Origin: the human T2T-CHM13v2.0 reference genome, Homo sapiens
DNA: 64,000 nt
Strand: one strand, 5' to 3'
Assembly (NCBI RefSeq): GCF_009914755.1
Contig: NC_060925.1
Each line of letters opens with the position of its first letter. The stretch's first letter is position 1. Below the pieces are notes generated by a model that made no database searches, was not told the DNA's origin, and was given only the letters and a program-made list of their open reading frames with translations. The position numbers and the translations under genes are program-made. Positions 14,040-30,410 of this stretch are shown piece after piece.

Positions 14040-14600
14040 ACTAGTTCTTGCTCTGGGTTGGGTTACAACTTGGTTTCAATCTCTGTTTACTGATTATGTG
14101 ACCTTAGCTATGTTGTTTGGCCTCCCTATGCCTCAGTTTCCTAATTTGTAAATTGGAGATGAAAACAGTTCTTGTAGGATTATGAACAGTTCATAAATGC
14201 AAAGTGCCTGACACAGAGCAATACATTCACAAGCCACCTTCACACTTTCAGCCTTTGCACTTGCTGTTCCCTCTGCCCCAAAGTCCCTTCCCTCCTCTTG
14301 GCCTGGAAAAGTCCTACTTTCTTTCCAGGACCATCCTGGATGCTACCTCTTTTAGGAAATGTTCCCCATCCCCTCCAAGCTGTGACTCCCCACAGCCTGT
14401 TCTGTGCTCCACACAATCGTGCTCCCTCCTCTAGGATAGCGTTGGCCACACAGAACACTATTCTCTTACCACAGTTCCCTCACCCTAGCCATGAAGTCCT
14501 TGAAGGCAGGATTATGCCATCCATTATTGAACCTCCAGATTACAGTTCCATGCCTGGTATTAAGTAGATGCTCAATAAAGTTTGGCTGGCTTAAGTAATG
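14040..14600 (+). mobile_element. MIR followed by L2 3' end
   Basis: gtgaccttag..gcctcagtttcctaatttgtaaa (MIR); cctttgcacttgctgttccctctgcc..gtagatgctcaataaa (L2). Confidence 0.7.
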
Positions 14601-15934
14601 AATGAGTTATGCTCATAATGAGGGAAAAGCCACAAAAACACAGAACAGTCTGACAGCCATCTAAGGCATAGTGGGGTTAAGCATCCCTTTGAGCAGTGTG
14701 AGTGGTGAGCCCTATAGCTGTGATTCTCTCTCCTACTTACGTAATTGGTTTGGGAAGAGACCCAGGAATCTGCTGGTTTGGTTTGGTTTTAGCTTGCCAG
14801 GTGATCCTAAGGGGTGGCCAGCTTTGAGAACTATTACTCTACCATCCTGCCCTAACATCAGGTCCTATGAATTCAAAGCAGGGGCAATGCCTCAGCTTAC
14901 CATAGCTCCCAGGGCCCAGCCACATCACCCGAAGGGTGCTGCTACCTGCAGGAGCTGGTCCTTGGGCTCCAACTTGACAGCTGAGCATCATATGAAAGGT
15001 GACAAGGTAAGGAAAGGGAGCTAGACAGACATATGGGGTGAGGACAGGTGAAAGGCTGTGAGGTGAGGAACAGGTCCCCCATCAAGCTGAACCCCCTATC
15101 CTTTAGCACCAAAGTCAGCCTTTACTTCCTCCTGAGAAGCCTTTGCCCAGGCACCTCCATGCCCTGAAGGCTCTCTCTTCAGCTCCCCAGTAGCCCCTGC
15201 CTGCCTCTCCCCAAGCCTGCCTCTCCTGCAAGCACCCTGCCTGCATCATTCATTCCATTTCCCTTATGCCAGGCACAGTGCTGGGGCACATGGATCATCC
15301 ACTGGTTGGTGAATGCCAAAGTAAAGTGAAAAGTCTGAATCATACAGAATATTTTTAAAGAAAAGCACTCTAACTGCCTTCCAATGTAAAAAGTTCTCCC
15401 AATAAGAGCTAACAGATTAGACCCAGGGAGCCCGCTTTGAGAAAGCAGGAGTGTAATTAGCACACTGTCGATGTATAAACAGCAGCCTCAAAGTAGTTGT
15501 GAATAGTTTATTTGCTGGTGTGAATTAGCATTCCCTTGCAATATTATGATAACAATGGCCTACCTTAGTTTCCTTGCACTTCTCCACCTAATCTTATTTA
15601 TAATCATTAATAGTAAAAAGGAAGCCTGGTTTTCCTGGCTTCAAATCATGCCAGACTCCAAACCAGTGAGGTCTGAATTAATGAGCTTGAACTGTCTGCA
15701 TTTGCCTCCTAAAGCTGTCTCAGCTCCCTCCACGGGTTTTCCTTCAAGGGCCATCTCTCAGATAACACAGCCTCCTTTCTCTTGGCAAATGCTATGAGTG
15801 CCCCCCATTTTCAGATGGGAAAGTGGAGGCACAGAAATGGACAAAATTGTCTGAGTAGCACAGGATTCAAGCCCAGGAGATCTGTCCCAGTGCCTGCATT
15901 TGTCCTCAGAGAAGCCCCAGTCCTAGAAAGTCAA

Positions 15935-16637
<703 letters not shown>

Positions 16638-17554
16638 TCAAACTTCAGTTCTGCTACTAACTGTGTTCTTTTCCACTGGAACACTACTGTTTCTTTATCT
16701 ATAAAATGAGGACAAGAACTGACTTCTCAGGTTTGTTGTGGGGGTTAAATGAGATGGTGCATCTCACGTACTTAGCACAGCACTTACTATGCAGTAAGAA
16801 CCCATACGGACAGCGCTATCACTGGCCTTGCTGCTGTTATTTATATTCTTTGCTCCTAACTCCTACATTTTACAGGTAAGGTAAGCAAGACCCGGAGATG
16901 TGTGAGGCAGAGCATCCTGCCTAGTGTCCCCTGACCAGTTGATGAAGGGGCAGGTGCTGGCACTGGACCTCCTGCCTCCAACAGCCCCTCTCAGTGGCTA
17001 AGCTCCCATGCTGGGTTCTGCCGTGCCGTCGGCAGACACCGTGAGTCATCAGGAAAGGCCTTTGCCCGCACACGCACACTTCTGTTCTCTTCCACTATGG
17101 AGCACGTGTTTTAAGGTACACATGCAGGTGAAACCATCAAGGTTTTCTTTTGCCTTGCTCCCCAGTTGACTCGAGAAGCTTTTCCACATGTGACACAAGT
17201 AACAGGAGATAATGTGAGCAAACGTGGCTACCCCTCTAAATCCTGTCATCAGAACCACTCAGGGGAACAGAAGGTAGTCTCCAGCCTGGTTGGCCTTTCT
17301 TTGTCGAATTCTTTTCTAATTTTTCAAGGGTAGTGAGTAGGGGTGAGAGGGGTGCTTTCTCTTTCCTACTTTCCCAAAATGTCCTCAGCAGCAGCTGCCA
17401 GGGGCCCTGTGACAGCACAAAGTGCAGATGGAGTGAAGGTCTCCCACAACTAACTGTCCCCGCCTGCCCTCTCACACCAGCACTCTGTATCCCTACCATG
17501 GTTCTCCCCTAGGGCATGACCATTTGATATCTCAGTCCTTCTGGAACCAAAACC

Positions 17555-18815
17555 CTTTGGATACAGTTTGAACAAAATATATAAAATAATATTGCATCAT
17601 AACCCAGAGTATAAAATACATATGTAGAAGTCCATACTAAGATAAATACATGAGTGGCCAAATAAATGGGGAAGAGACAATCCTCCCCTGCAGAATTCCA
17701 AATTGTTTATGTAGATACTTGGTCCTCAAGGAGGTGCAGCATTAACTCCCCAACACTTAGTATGGGCTGTATATAATGACTTCCTTCCAAAGGGTACAAT
17801 ATGGAAAGGGGGAATAAAGACAAACTGCACTAAAGCAACCTGACAAACACTGCCTCCGCCAAGTGATCAAGATCAACATCAGCAGTGAGGTCATGTTAAT
17901 AGTGTGTACTCTTGATAAATGAGATAAACACAGCACTTTACCTCTGTGGCCTTTCTCCCTAAAACCCATAACCCTAGTCTAATAATGAAGAGAAAAAATC
18001 AGACAAATCCCAATTGAGAGATAGTCTACAAAATACCTGACTGGCACCCCTCAAAATTGTCAGGGTCATTAAAAAAAGGAAAGCCTAAGAAACTGTTATG
18101 GACTGAACGTCTGTGTCCCCACAAAATGCATATGTTGAAATCCTAACCCTTAATGTCATGGGATTAGGAGGTGGGGCCCCTGAGAGGCCATTAGGTCATG
18201 AGGGTGGAGCCCTCATGAATGAGATTAGTGACTTTATAAGAAGAGATACGAGAGCTTGCTTTCACCCTCTGCTCCTCCACCTTGCGAGGCCACAGTGAGA
18301 AGACGGCCATCTGCAAGCCTGGAAGCGAGCCCTCCCCAGACGTCTGCTGGCACCTTGATCTTGGACTTTCCAGCCTCCAGAATTGTGAGACATAGATGTG
18401 TGTTCTTTAAGTCACCCAGGCTGTCTGAACTAAGATAGAAACTGTCACAGCCAAAAAGGTCTAAGTTAGAGACATGAGTACTAAAAGCAATGTGGTATCT
18501 TCAATGGGTCCCTGGAACAGAGAAAGGACCTTCAAGGAAATCTGAATAAAGTATGGACTCCTGTTCACAATAATGTATCCATTCTGGTTGGTTCATTAAT
18601 TGTGAAGACTGTACTATACTTAAGTTAGATGTTAATAATAGGAGAAAGTGAGTGTGTGGCCTGTACAGAGAAGCCCCAGGTGGGTCAGGGGGCTCTTAGG
18701 GCCTGGGTATGCCTAGGGCATAGATACTCTTTCTGTAGTATTGCACACTTTTCCTGTAAATCTAAAATTATTCTAAAATAGAAGTTTATTTAAAAACAAA
18801 AACAAAAGCAAAAAA
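17555..18815 (+). mobile_element. L1MC/MD 3'UTR interrupted by MLT1A0
   Basis: caagtgatcaagatcaacatc, cagacaaatcccaattgag, aaatctgaataaagtatggact, ctgtaaatctaaaattattctaaaata. Confidence 0.8.
18094..18437 (+). mobile_element. MLT1A0 solo LTR
   Basis: tgttatggactgaacgt...ggcaccttgatcttggactttccagcctccagaa; perfect 5-bp TSD gaaac. Confidence 0.88.
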
Positions 18816-19525
18816 CCTCCTTGGATAATACAGAACAGAACCACTTATGTTGCATTATCTCAGAATCACGAACAATGCCAATGGGTCCTTTGTTCACCAC
18901 TCTTCGAATTATTGGGTTCCTCAGGAGGCCCCAGGGACTGAATGGGCAGGCAGAGCCCACCTCCCTTCCCCTCTCAGCTCCCTTTTCATCTGCTTTATAC
19001 CCTCAGCTTCTACCTTACTGCTGAAACAAAGCGTTCCTCTACTCTAAAGAGTTGACAACTACCGGTCTAGTCCAACCCCATCATTCAAGGTACAGGAGGG
19101 GGCATCCTCAGGGGATTCACCAAGTAAGGGACAGAGCTAGAGCTGGAACCTCATGTGGTGGACACCTGAGGCTGTTCTCCAGGTGTTACCCCAGCTCTCA
19201 CCTGTGAGCCTGGAGCTCCTTGAGGCAGGAACAGTGCCTGGTTTGTCTGTGTCCATAGAACCCAGAAGAGCACTTGAGACAGGGAGGAGTCCCGTGGGAT
19301 GAATGAATGACACTGTTCCCACCACGTGACTGTTCCAAAATGCCAGTGCTGTTCAAACCTGGAAAATTCTGCAGACATTTCAGATAAAGGCAAAATAGAG
19401 ATCTCCTTGGTCTGCATCCATACATTTAATTAAAATAGACTCTTCTATCTGTCAGTGAGCTTGTGTACTGCAGCCTGGCTTTGGAGGGACATTCATGTAT
19501 CCATTGTTTCACTTTAAAAGCTTTA

Positions 19526-19822
<297 letters not shown>

Positions 19823-20243
19823 TCATGGAGCACCTCCTACACATTATTAACAATAGCAACAACAATAATTCATACAATAAGCATTCACTAAGCACCCACT
19901 ATGTGTCAGGCTGAGTTCCAGACATGAGAAATACAACCCTGAGCAAGGCAGACACATTCCCGCCCTCAGACAGCTTACATTCCAGTGCCCTAGCAGAGAT
20001 CCCTAACTGTTATAGATGCTTCCCATGTGCCAGGCATTGTGCTCAAAGGTTCTCATTTTGCCCTGTGAGGTAGGGATTTTTGGTTCCCTGATTTTTCAGA
20101 TAGGGAAATAGAGGCCTAATTCCTTGTCCGAAGTTACTCAGTGAGCAAGTAGCTGAGCTGGGATTTGAGCCCAGGCACTCTGAATCAAGAACACATATTC
20201 TCAATTGTCATATGAAAGAGTAGTTGTGGGTCAGAGGACCTGG

Positions 20244-20300
20244 CTAGTGAAGCACACACACTAGGTGTCCTATGTGAAGCGCACACACTAGGTGTACTAG
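20244..20300 (+). repeat. ~27-bp tandem duplication
   Basis: gtgaagcacacacactaggtgtccta / gtgaagcgcacacactaggtgtacta. Confidence 0.85.
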
Positions 20301-21399
20301 GCTTCAGTGGAAAATGAAGCAGCCCTTTATTACTAGCAACTGGTCATGCATCCAGCATCCCTTCCTCACTGCCCCCCCACCCACACTCATGGCTCTCTGG
20401 GAAAAGCTGAGATAAGGAGATAAGCTTTGCCAGGAGGTCTGTGCAAGGGTTTCTTACCCAGCACTCCTGAACCTAAGACGGTGAGAGCCTCAGAGTCGCC
20501 CCCGCGTGACTTACCCTCTCGGCCTCAGGCCCAAAGCTGCATCCAGGGTGGGGTGCCTGGCTGGACTAACAGGTGGAGGAGGCACAGAGCCTCTGTTCCT
20601 GCCTTTAAGATACAGACACCCACCCACTAGTACGATTTGTTCCAGAGAATATCCTTACTCTGTTCACTCCGACTATCAACATCTCCTCCCGTGGGAGGGG
20701 CATGACTAGGAGGGATTAGAGCAGGGGCAACCCCCAGGCACGAAGGGAGGTAGCGTTCTTTCTCATCTTGGAGCAGAGAGGAACTATGGGCAGGGGATGG
20801 AAGTATTTTCTTATTGCATTGTGGGCTTACCCCTGTGCTGGGCACAGGTGGTACATGGAGAAGAAGCTGGGATTCCTGTCCTAAAAGGATTCACAAGAGG
20901 GTGAAAGAGACCACAGACTTCTACATGAATAATACAGCCCAGCGGGGCTGTATGAGCTGGTTGGGTGATGGTGGAGGCTTCTCAGAGGAGGGTGAAGGCC
21001 TTGGTTCCTTCGTCTGAGCCGGGTTTTGAAGAGTGTGTTGAAGTTCTCCACACAGAGAAGAGGGGAAAAGAACCCAGGAATTAGATTCAAGGCCCCGAGC
21101 TTAGCAGCCACATGGGGTCGGGGGTTCTCAGGGGATGGGTGAGCCTGGGGCACAGAAAGTTCAGGCAGGAGTGTGAAGAGTGAGGCTGGGAAGACGGGCT
21201 GCACGTCAGACTGCAGCAGCCCTCGTGTGTGATACTAGGGAACTCGGCCTTTTTTTTCTTTTGATAAGCAAGGAACTCAAGGATAAGTTTTGAGTTACTT
21301 GGTTTTGTCAGGGGAGGGGAGAGTTGTGGCTTGGGGGCTTATACAGTCACACTTTTTATTTAGAAATTTATTCTGACAACTCATCTGAAGAACTCATTG

Positions 21400-21790
21400 T
21401 CATTCAAATAATTATTTGGCACCTACCACATCCCTGACACTAATAAGGGGCTGGAGATACAGTGGCAAACTGAATAGACATGATCCTGGCCATCTTTGAG
21501 CTTACAGATAGGCCGAAAAGATGAACATTAAAGAAATATTGAATTCCAGTTATGACAAGTCTATGGAGGAAAAGCCCAGTGGGGGTGAGTACATGTATCA
21601 GGGCAATATAGAATCTGCTGGGGATGGCAGAGAAGGTTGTGCTGAACTTATGGCACTGAAGGTGAGTCCCGGAGCCTGAGTAGAAGTGTCTGGTCAGGGA
21701 GCAGGAGGAGGGTGTTCCGGATGGAAGGAACAGCATGTGCACAGACCTGGAGCTGGAGAGGAGCGCAGCACAGCAGAAAAACACAAAGGC
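21400..21790 (-). mobile_element. L2
   Basis: cattcaaataattatttggcacctac...gctggagatacagtgg...ggaacagcatgtgcacagacctggag. Confidence 0.7.
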
Positions 21791-23069
21791 GGCCCATGCA
21801 CTCGTAATACAGCAAGCACAGAACAGGGTGGCATGAGATGGGCAAGCCCTCAAAAGCCATCACAAATATTTCAGACTTTATCTTAATATCAGGGTCAAGC
21901 CATCAAACAAAGCAAAGTAACAGGATCCCGTTAGAGTTTTATCCCTATTACATGGGAAACTTATTGGAACAAGGCTCCATGAAGGCAGAGGGGTCATTAG
22001 GAGGCAGAATCAGCAGGCTTTGGGTATTGTCTTTTTTGAGGTGAAGATGAAAAGGGAGAAGTAATTGGAACGTGATTCTGAGGATTTGAGCTTAGAGAAA
22101 GGGACAGATGGCAACTTCGGATCAAGAGGGAGCACACAGGAGAAGGAGCAGATGCTGGCAGGGACCAGGAATGTCTGCACAAGAAGAAATCCTGCAACCT
22201 TCACTACCACAGAACTAGAGAGCAAAGATGAGTTTCCAAAGAGGTGGGAGAGGGTCTGGGCTGGAAAAGAGGCCCAGAGAGGCAGTAGGTGGAACGTCCC
22301 CTGGCACTCCAAAATTCACTATTTGTACCTCCAAGGGAAGCTGTCAGGGAGGGGACAGGAGCACTCTGAGCCCCTGCCCTGACCCCACAGAGGTGCAAAC
22401 TTACTTCGGGCTGGCTAGGTAAAGTGGAATCAAAGGCAGAAAAGTTCCCCACTGGCTGACATTTTGGGGAGCTCACAGAAGGGTGAGTTTCTTAAATCCA
22501 ATCTCAGCACCAATGAGGAGCTGAAACATATTGTACCCATTAGAAAAGAAATGCAAATCAGAAAGTCAGGCATTTGTGTCCATGACAACAGGGGGAACGT
22601 ATTTTGGCAAATCTGAGTTCATTTATATTCAAATAAATATTTCAGTCTATGACTCTGGCACTTTTTTGCATGAGATATTTCAGAACCATATTGAATGTTG
22701 CTCTCATGCTAAAAACTTGAGAATTAAAATGAGGTCCAATTTCAAAGTCTATCAGGCTCCAAGATTTTGAGGTTGGTTTTACCTCCAGGAATGAAAAAGA
22801 ATGATAAACTAGAGAGTGATTCAGCACATTTGTACAAAGACTTTTTGAACTGGAAAGGCTGGTTCAGTATTATCCCATGCAGCCCCTTCTTTGTAAAAAT
22901 GGGACAACAGGCTCAAGTGAGGCCAAAGATCACATAGCAAATTAATCTAGAACTCAGGTCTCCGTCAGGCCAATGCTGTTTCCAGCACATCAAGCCCGGT
23001 GTTGGAATAGGAAGAACAGCAGGTATAAGAAGACTTTGACACATGATCAGGTTCTTCTCTGTTAAGGTA

Positions 23070-23600
23070 GGATGTTGTCCTCTAATTATAAAAGCAATCC
23101 ATGACCTTTGTGGAAAATCTGTACAATGTGTTACCCAAATCTTCAAAGATATTATCTGTAGTAAACCCTATAATTCCCCATATAATCACCGGTAGCATTT
23201 TAACACATTTCCTTCGAGCTTTTTTTGTGCATATGTCTTGTACATAGTTGAAGTCTTAGTAATGCACAATTTTGCATCATAAGCATTTTCCTGAATCATT
23301 AAAAACTTTTTCTATGCAAAGAAAAAAGTTAATGGATAAATAATATTCCACTCTATAAAAATACTATAAATTTCCTAAATCATTTATTTAATTCACTGTT
23401 GGATATTTAGGTAATATCCAATTTTTTGTCATTTAAATAATATTTTGTTGGATGACTTCATGTTTAAATCTCTATTTACACATCAGATTATTTCCTGGGA
23501 CTAGATTTCTAGACATGGAATTATTGGGCTAAAAGGTATAAGCATTTTAAAGACTCCTGATGTATACCATGTTGCAGAAAAGGTTATATTGTTGCTAGTG
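23070..23600 (-). mobile_element. Old L1ME fragment
   Basis: ctgttggatatttaggt, atttcctgggactagatttctagacatggaattattgggctaaaaggtat. Confidence 0.65.
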
Positions 23601-23739
23601 CAAGGTGGAATGCAATCTCACCATGCTCTGACCAACCCATTAAGCACCACGCCAGCCTTCAAGGAGCACACAGCCCAGCAAGGGGTGTGAGGAAAATGGC
23701 CTAGATAAACAACCTGCTACCATAATTTAGAGGAGTAAG

Positions 23740-24770
23740 AAGAGATGCTCACCCTTACACTGGAGAGATATTCCTAATTAGATGCTGACTCTGTTCTCTG
23801 GGAGAACTTTCCACTCTCATTACTTTTTGTGGCTCCTGACTTGGCTCTCAGAAGTTTCTCCTTGCTTACTGTCTTCTGTGGCCCCATCTGAAGTGGGTTT
23901 TGTAGAATATTCCCTTCTTTAAGGCTCTACAACTTTTGCAGCTGCTTTCTTCCGTGCAAGTTCAGGGACTCAAGAGGTGTTTTAAGACTAACCAGCCAAG
24001 TTGCTCTTGAGCTCACCTCCTTCTGGTAACACATTGCAAAAGCAGAAAGTAAAATCCAACTGATACTATTGCTTTGACTCTTTCAAACTGTATGCCCTAA
24101 TGCAGCAGGCTCAGGAGGCACCTGGTCTGCCTTCCAAGTTGTCACAGGTGAGTTTCACCAAATGGTTTGCCCCTATATGTCATGGTTTTCCATAAGTCCA
24201 GCTCCAAAATCAGTTTCCTTGCTGCCTGCCACCTGACAACCAAGTCAATGTCACATATTTTAGGTTTTTGTAACAGCAGCACCCCACTTCTGGTAACAAG
24301 TTCTATATTAGTTAAATTAATACTGGCTGCTGGAGCATAAAACCCCCCAAATCTCAGTGGATTAACGCAGCATAAGGCTTTTTTAAAGTCCCTGAAAGTC
24401 CTAAAAGGAGGACTAATCTGACCAGTGGGATGCTCTCCTCCATTAGTGATTATGTTTCTCAGGTTCTTTTTATCTTGTGGCTCTGTCATTTTCACCCCTT
24501 AGCATATGAGGTGACCGTGCTCATCTGTATCAAGCTGGGAGAGGGAAAGAGTATGGAAAAGAGAATGTTAGATATTTTTTAATGGCCAGGTCTGGAGTAG
24601 CTAACGTCAATTCCACTGACAATCCATCAGCTAGAACTTGACTGCACACACTTAACTGCAAAACCACACTTACCTGCAAAGGAGGAGGAGATGTGTAGTT
24701 CATCCTCAAGCCAAGGAGGAAGACAAAATGGCTTTGGATGAACTCATGGCAATGTCCTCGCTACCTTTCA
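23740..24770 (-). mobile_element. MLT1J-like 5' LTR (24304-~24770) joined to MaLR internal sequence
   Basis: LTR/internal junction cagcagcaccccacttctggtaacaagttc|tatattagtt; aaatctcagtggattaac. Confidence 0.6.
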
Positions 24771-24916
24771 CAGTACACTCTACATTTGCATGGTTCATCT
24801 CTTTACCTCACCCCATTTCTGCCCCTGTCAACAGAGCCTGTCTTTAACTAGAATGTTGGTATTTTATTCATCAAAGATTTTTTCATTAATTTTAATTTTT
24901 AAAAATACTACATTAA

Positions 24917-25290
<374 letters not shown>

Positions 25291-25889
25291 TTAATAATGA
25301 GTCAATGGAAAAATATATGTGAAAGACCTTGAGAAAGAATCAAGCCCTCTATACATCTACAGCCAAAGAGGATCCAGGCTGTGGCCTCACTGACCTCTTC
25401 AATGTTTGCATTTTTAAATAGGCTGCTTGGTGGAGCAGGGGAGCAAAGGGGCAGGATGTTGGGGGGAGCCCAGGGCGGAGTAGGGTGAGTGGCAACGTCG
25501 CTTCATTTTAAGGACAGTAATTCTCCTGGCAACACCCATTAACCTGAAACCCCATCTTGCCTCTTACAAAATACCTGCTAGAAGCTCTTTTCCAAAAGGG
25601 CCCACAGTCCTTGCCACAAAACAATTTTAGCACATTTAAACCAGGACTTTGAGTGTGGATTTAAAGTGGTCCTATGACATCATGTGTGGAATATATAGAA
25701 ACCTTCCATGAGCAGAAGATTTGATTGAGCCTCATTGTTGACAGCACATCTGTCTGGAGCAGCTGCAGGGGCCAGGCACTATTCCGGGCACTGTGGGCAG
25801 AAATGGAATGAGGGATGTTGTAGAGGCTCCTGTGAGGCTTACAGTCAAGGTGGGAAGGCAGGATGGGCACATGGAACAGGAACACGCCT

Positions 25890-26330
25890 TCATTAGTCAG
25901 AACTCTGTGCTGCAAGTGACAGATACCCTACTCAACTAGCTTAGGCAAACAGGGGGATGTTGATTATGAGAATGTTGGTGTGTCTCACAAAACCTAAAGA
26001 ATAACCAAAGCCAAGGACTTGGATGCAGCCAGCTCTCTCTCCCTCTCCTGTCTCTCCTTCTCTTGTGTGACAAGCACGTTCTTTCATCTCCCATAGCCTG
26101 GTTTTCTCCTTTCACCCAGGGGAAAACATGGCTGCCAATAGCTTCAGAGCTTGAGGTGTCATGGCCTCAGCTACCCCGGGAGAGAAACAAAGCTGACACC
26201 CAAGATTCCTAGGGAAGGTATCGATGGCTCCTTTTGAGACAGGTGCCACCTCTGGAATAATCAACGGTGTCCAAGGGATAGAAGGACAGCACACCAAGGT
26301 GGCAGCTCCCATGGTGATTGTATGGATGGG
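25890..26330 (-). mobile_element. Old MaLR LTR (MLT1M/N/O-like)
   Basis: cattagtcagaactct..gcaagtgacaga..tcaactagcttaggcaaa; aacatggctgcc. Confidence 0.5.
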
Positions 26331-26614
26331 GATGGGAATTTCCTAGAAAAAGATCTGGAGAGATCCACTGAGAACCATACAGGACTCTGCACAATGAGAA
26401 CCGAGAGAGACATTAACAGGAGGTCAGAGGAAGAAGCAAAGGAACCAGCTCCGTAGGACCTTGTTAGGCAGTGTTAAAGGGGTAGTGCATCCAGGGGCCT
26501 ATATGAAAGATGACCAACTGTACTTGTGTTTCCTCCCTTCTCATCTCGGGGAAAGTGGGGAGCTGGTGGTGAAAAACAGAGAATGAAGCCCTTAGCAGCC
26601 AGCCCCAACCGCTC

Positions 26615-26810
26615 GCTATGTGCCAGATGCTATGATAAGCCCTTATTTGTATCTCAATTAATCCCCACAGAAAACCTGTGAGGGAAAAAATAAGTATCCC
26701 ATTTTACAGGTGAGGAAACTGAGGATAGCAGAGATGAAGTAATTTGCCACAGATCACACAGCTGTAGGTGGAAGAGCCAAGCTTTGAACCAGGTGTGTGT
26801 GTGACACCAT
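26615..26810 (-). mobile_element. MIR
   Basis: atcccattttacaggtgaggaaactgagg..gtaatttgcc. Confidence 0.8.
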
Positions 26811-26935
26811 GCCCCATGGCCTGGCTTGGCACCCCTCCACTGCTGCACCCACCCAGATGGCACTGATGGTTTCTAGGTAAAAAGATGCCTCAAGGAACAT
26901 CTACCGATCCCCTCTAGAACACTGTTTTGAGAAGG

Positions 26936-27692
<757 letters not shown>

Positions 27693-28774
27693 GAAAGGCT
27701 GCATCATACTAACACCCATTTTTAACCATTATCTGGAAAATATAACTGTTTTATACCCATCATGGGAGATCAATAAGCGATTTAAAAAGCCAATGATAAT
27801 TCTTTGATTCTTTTTTTTTCTTCCATGATTGAGGAGTGTAATTCTGTTTCCCCAGTTTATCATTAGAAAGTTCCACTATTTTCTTGCCTTTATGTTCCTT
27901 ATTATGTTCCTACCAAATAATGCTGTTTCTTTCATTTTTGGGGGGGTCTGGGGCCTTCTGATATTTATTTTCTTTCCAAGGCTATATGTACGGTTCTAGA
28001 TTTGATCCCAGAATGCTAGAAACCCAACATTGTAAGGCTTTAAACGCTGTCTCTGCTGTGGACATCCAAAGCACTTTGGACTTCCTCTACCACAACAACC
28101 CTCCCACTTCACTATAATTTCTTGCTTGCATATAATAAACTAAACTCCATGAAGTCAGAGACTGTCACTAATATGTTGCATTTCTAGCTCCCTACCATGT
28201 GTCTTGGTTCAATAAATATTTCTAGAATTAATACATCACCCAGTCTAGTCTCTTATATTTTCCATCAAACACATTTGATGATTGGTTGATGGGCTATTTT
28301 TACTCAAAGACAATCTAATGATATTTCAACATTTCCAATTGATCAATTTTACTTGAGAATGTATATGATTTTCCCCATTACAAGCAAACTAAACTCTATC
28401 TGTACTTTCTGGGCAAGGGCCCCAGGAGCATCTGAGACAGGTATACTCCCTGCCATTCCTTATCCCACCATTACCACCATCAAAACCCCACCATGACTAC
28501 TACTATGACACCTTTGGACTGAATAAAGGGAGCATCTTCTTTTGTCCCATGGAGAACCTTAAGAGGTTTGCAGATGACAGGTTTTTGAGAAGCGAGCCAT
28601 GATCAAGGTTGAGACTCAAGAGGCTACATACCCAAAGTCAGTGAGTAGGATGGATAGCAGGGGGAAGGATGAAAGTCTAAAGGCAGGAGACTAGATATGA
28701 GACCATGACATGAACAGGTGAGAAGCACAGTCTTACACTCACTAAGTCCCTATGTAGTTTAAAGTCATTCATTT

Positions 28775-29790
28775 CAATGTCCTGTCTCACATCATGATCA
28801 AACCTCTAAATCTAATTCAAAATGCAGGTTTTCCACTGTGTCACCCCAGGATGTTGCAGGTAGGAAGCCTGCAGTCAGAGAAGAGGGACATGGTAGATCT
28901 CTTCTTTTTCCTCACCTATGACTCTCCTCCTCTCCTAATTGCCAGCCACCTTTCTGACCTCTCCAGGGATAAAGTGAAAAGAAGAGAATGAAGTAAGGGA
29001 GCCAGAATGTTCTGTTTTGACTGGTACATGGAGATCCAGCACTGCTATTCTCTAACATAGCAGATATTTAAAGCTGACTTCTTTCCTTTCTCTCGTGGGC
29101 TCTTTGGAGACACCACTGTCCCTGCAGTTCTCCTGAGTAGGGCAGAGGTATCTCTGCTTAAGACAGTCATTTGCCCTTCCTCAGTTGCAAGGCATTGGGT
29201 GACACCTCCAGCTTCTCTCTATTGAGGTTCTTTTGCCTCTCCAGGTGGCTCTCCTGGACAAGACGTTACACTGGCTTTCTCTCTCTTGCATATTCTCAGT
29301 AAACCCTCTTGCATTCTTTTGCCTTTTTTATCCCAAAAGATGGGAGTGCAGGGTCTCCAAACACAGCAATTTCTGCTAGGCTCCCACAGGCTGCCTCAGT
29401 CACTCTCTTGCCCTTTAGGTTTTTCAGATGTCCTCCAACTAGAGGGGATGTATGTGAAGCTTTCCACATGACCTGAGAGAGCCCTTTCTCAAGGCTTGAG
29501 GCAAGAGGCGTGTATCTCCCATCCCTCCCCTTAGGGCCCACAGCACAACAGCCTCCCTTTCCAAAGCTCCTGTCCCTGAGGAGGACCTCTCCTTGTGGTA
29601 CCCTCATTTGGTTTAAGATTAAAAGGCAGCAGGTTCCACCCCTCCAGGGAAATTGGGATTGCATCCATAGCACAGTTTTCTCGGAAGAAGTCATTTCCCC
29701 AAACCCTCCCCAGATCTTTGATTCCTCTCCTTTTCGTACCCTTAATGTGAGTGAGGAGTTCAAGAGTTGTCAATCATCACCTTTGAAAAC
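28775..29790 (-). mobile_element. Ancient LTR-like element (possibly LTR78 group)
   Basis: cctctaaatctaattcaaaatgcaggtttt opening resembles a recalled LTR78 motif; heavily diverged. Confidence 0.35.
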
Positions 29791-29849
29791 CTGTCCCATG
29801 GTCTAACTCTGCATTCTCCAATACAGTAACCACTAGTCCCATGTGGCTA

Positions 29850-30280
<431 letters not shown>

Positions 30281-30410
30281 CTAATAATTTTTAAATGATT
30301 ATGTGTTGAAATTATAGTATTTTGGAAATACTGGGTTAAAATATATTATTAAAACTAATTTTCCTTTTTTTACTTTTAAAAAAATGGCTACTGGAAAATT
30401 TAAAATATAT

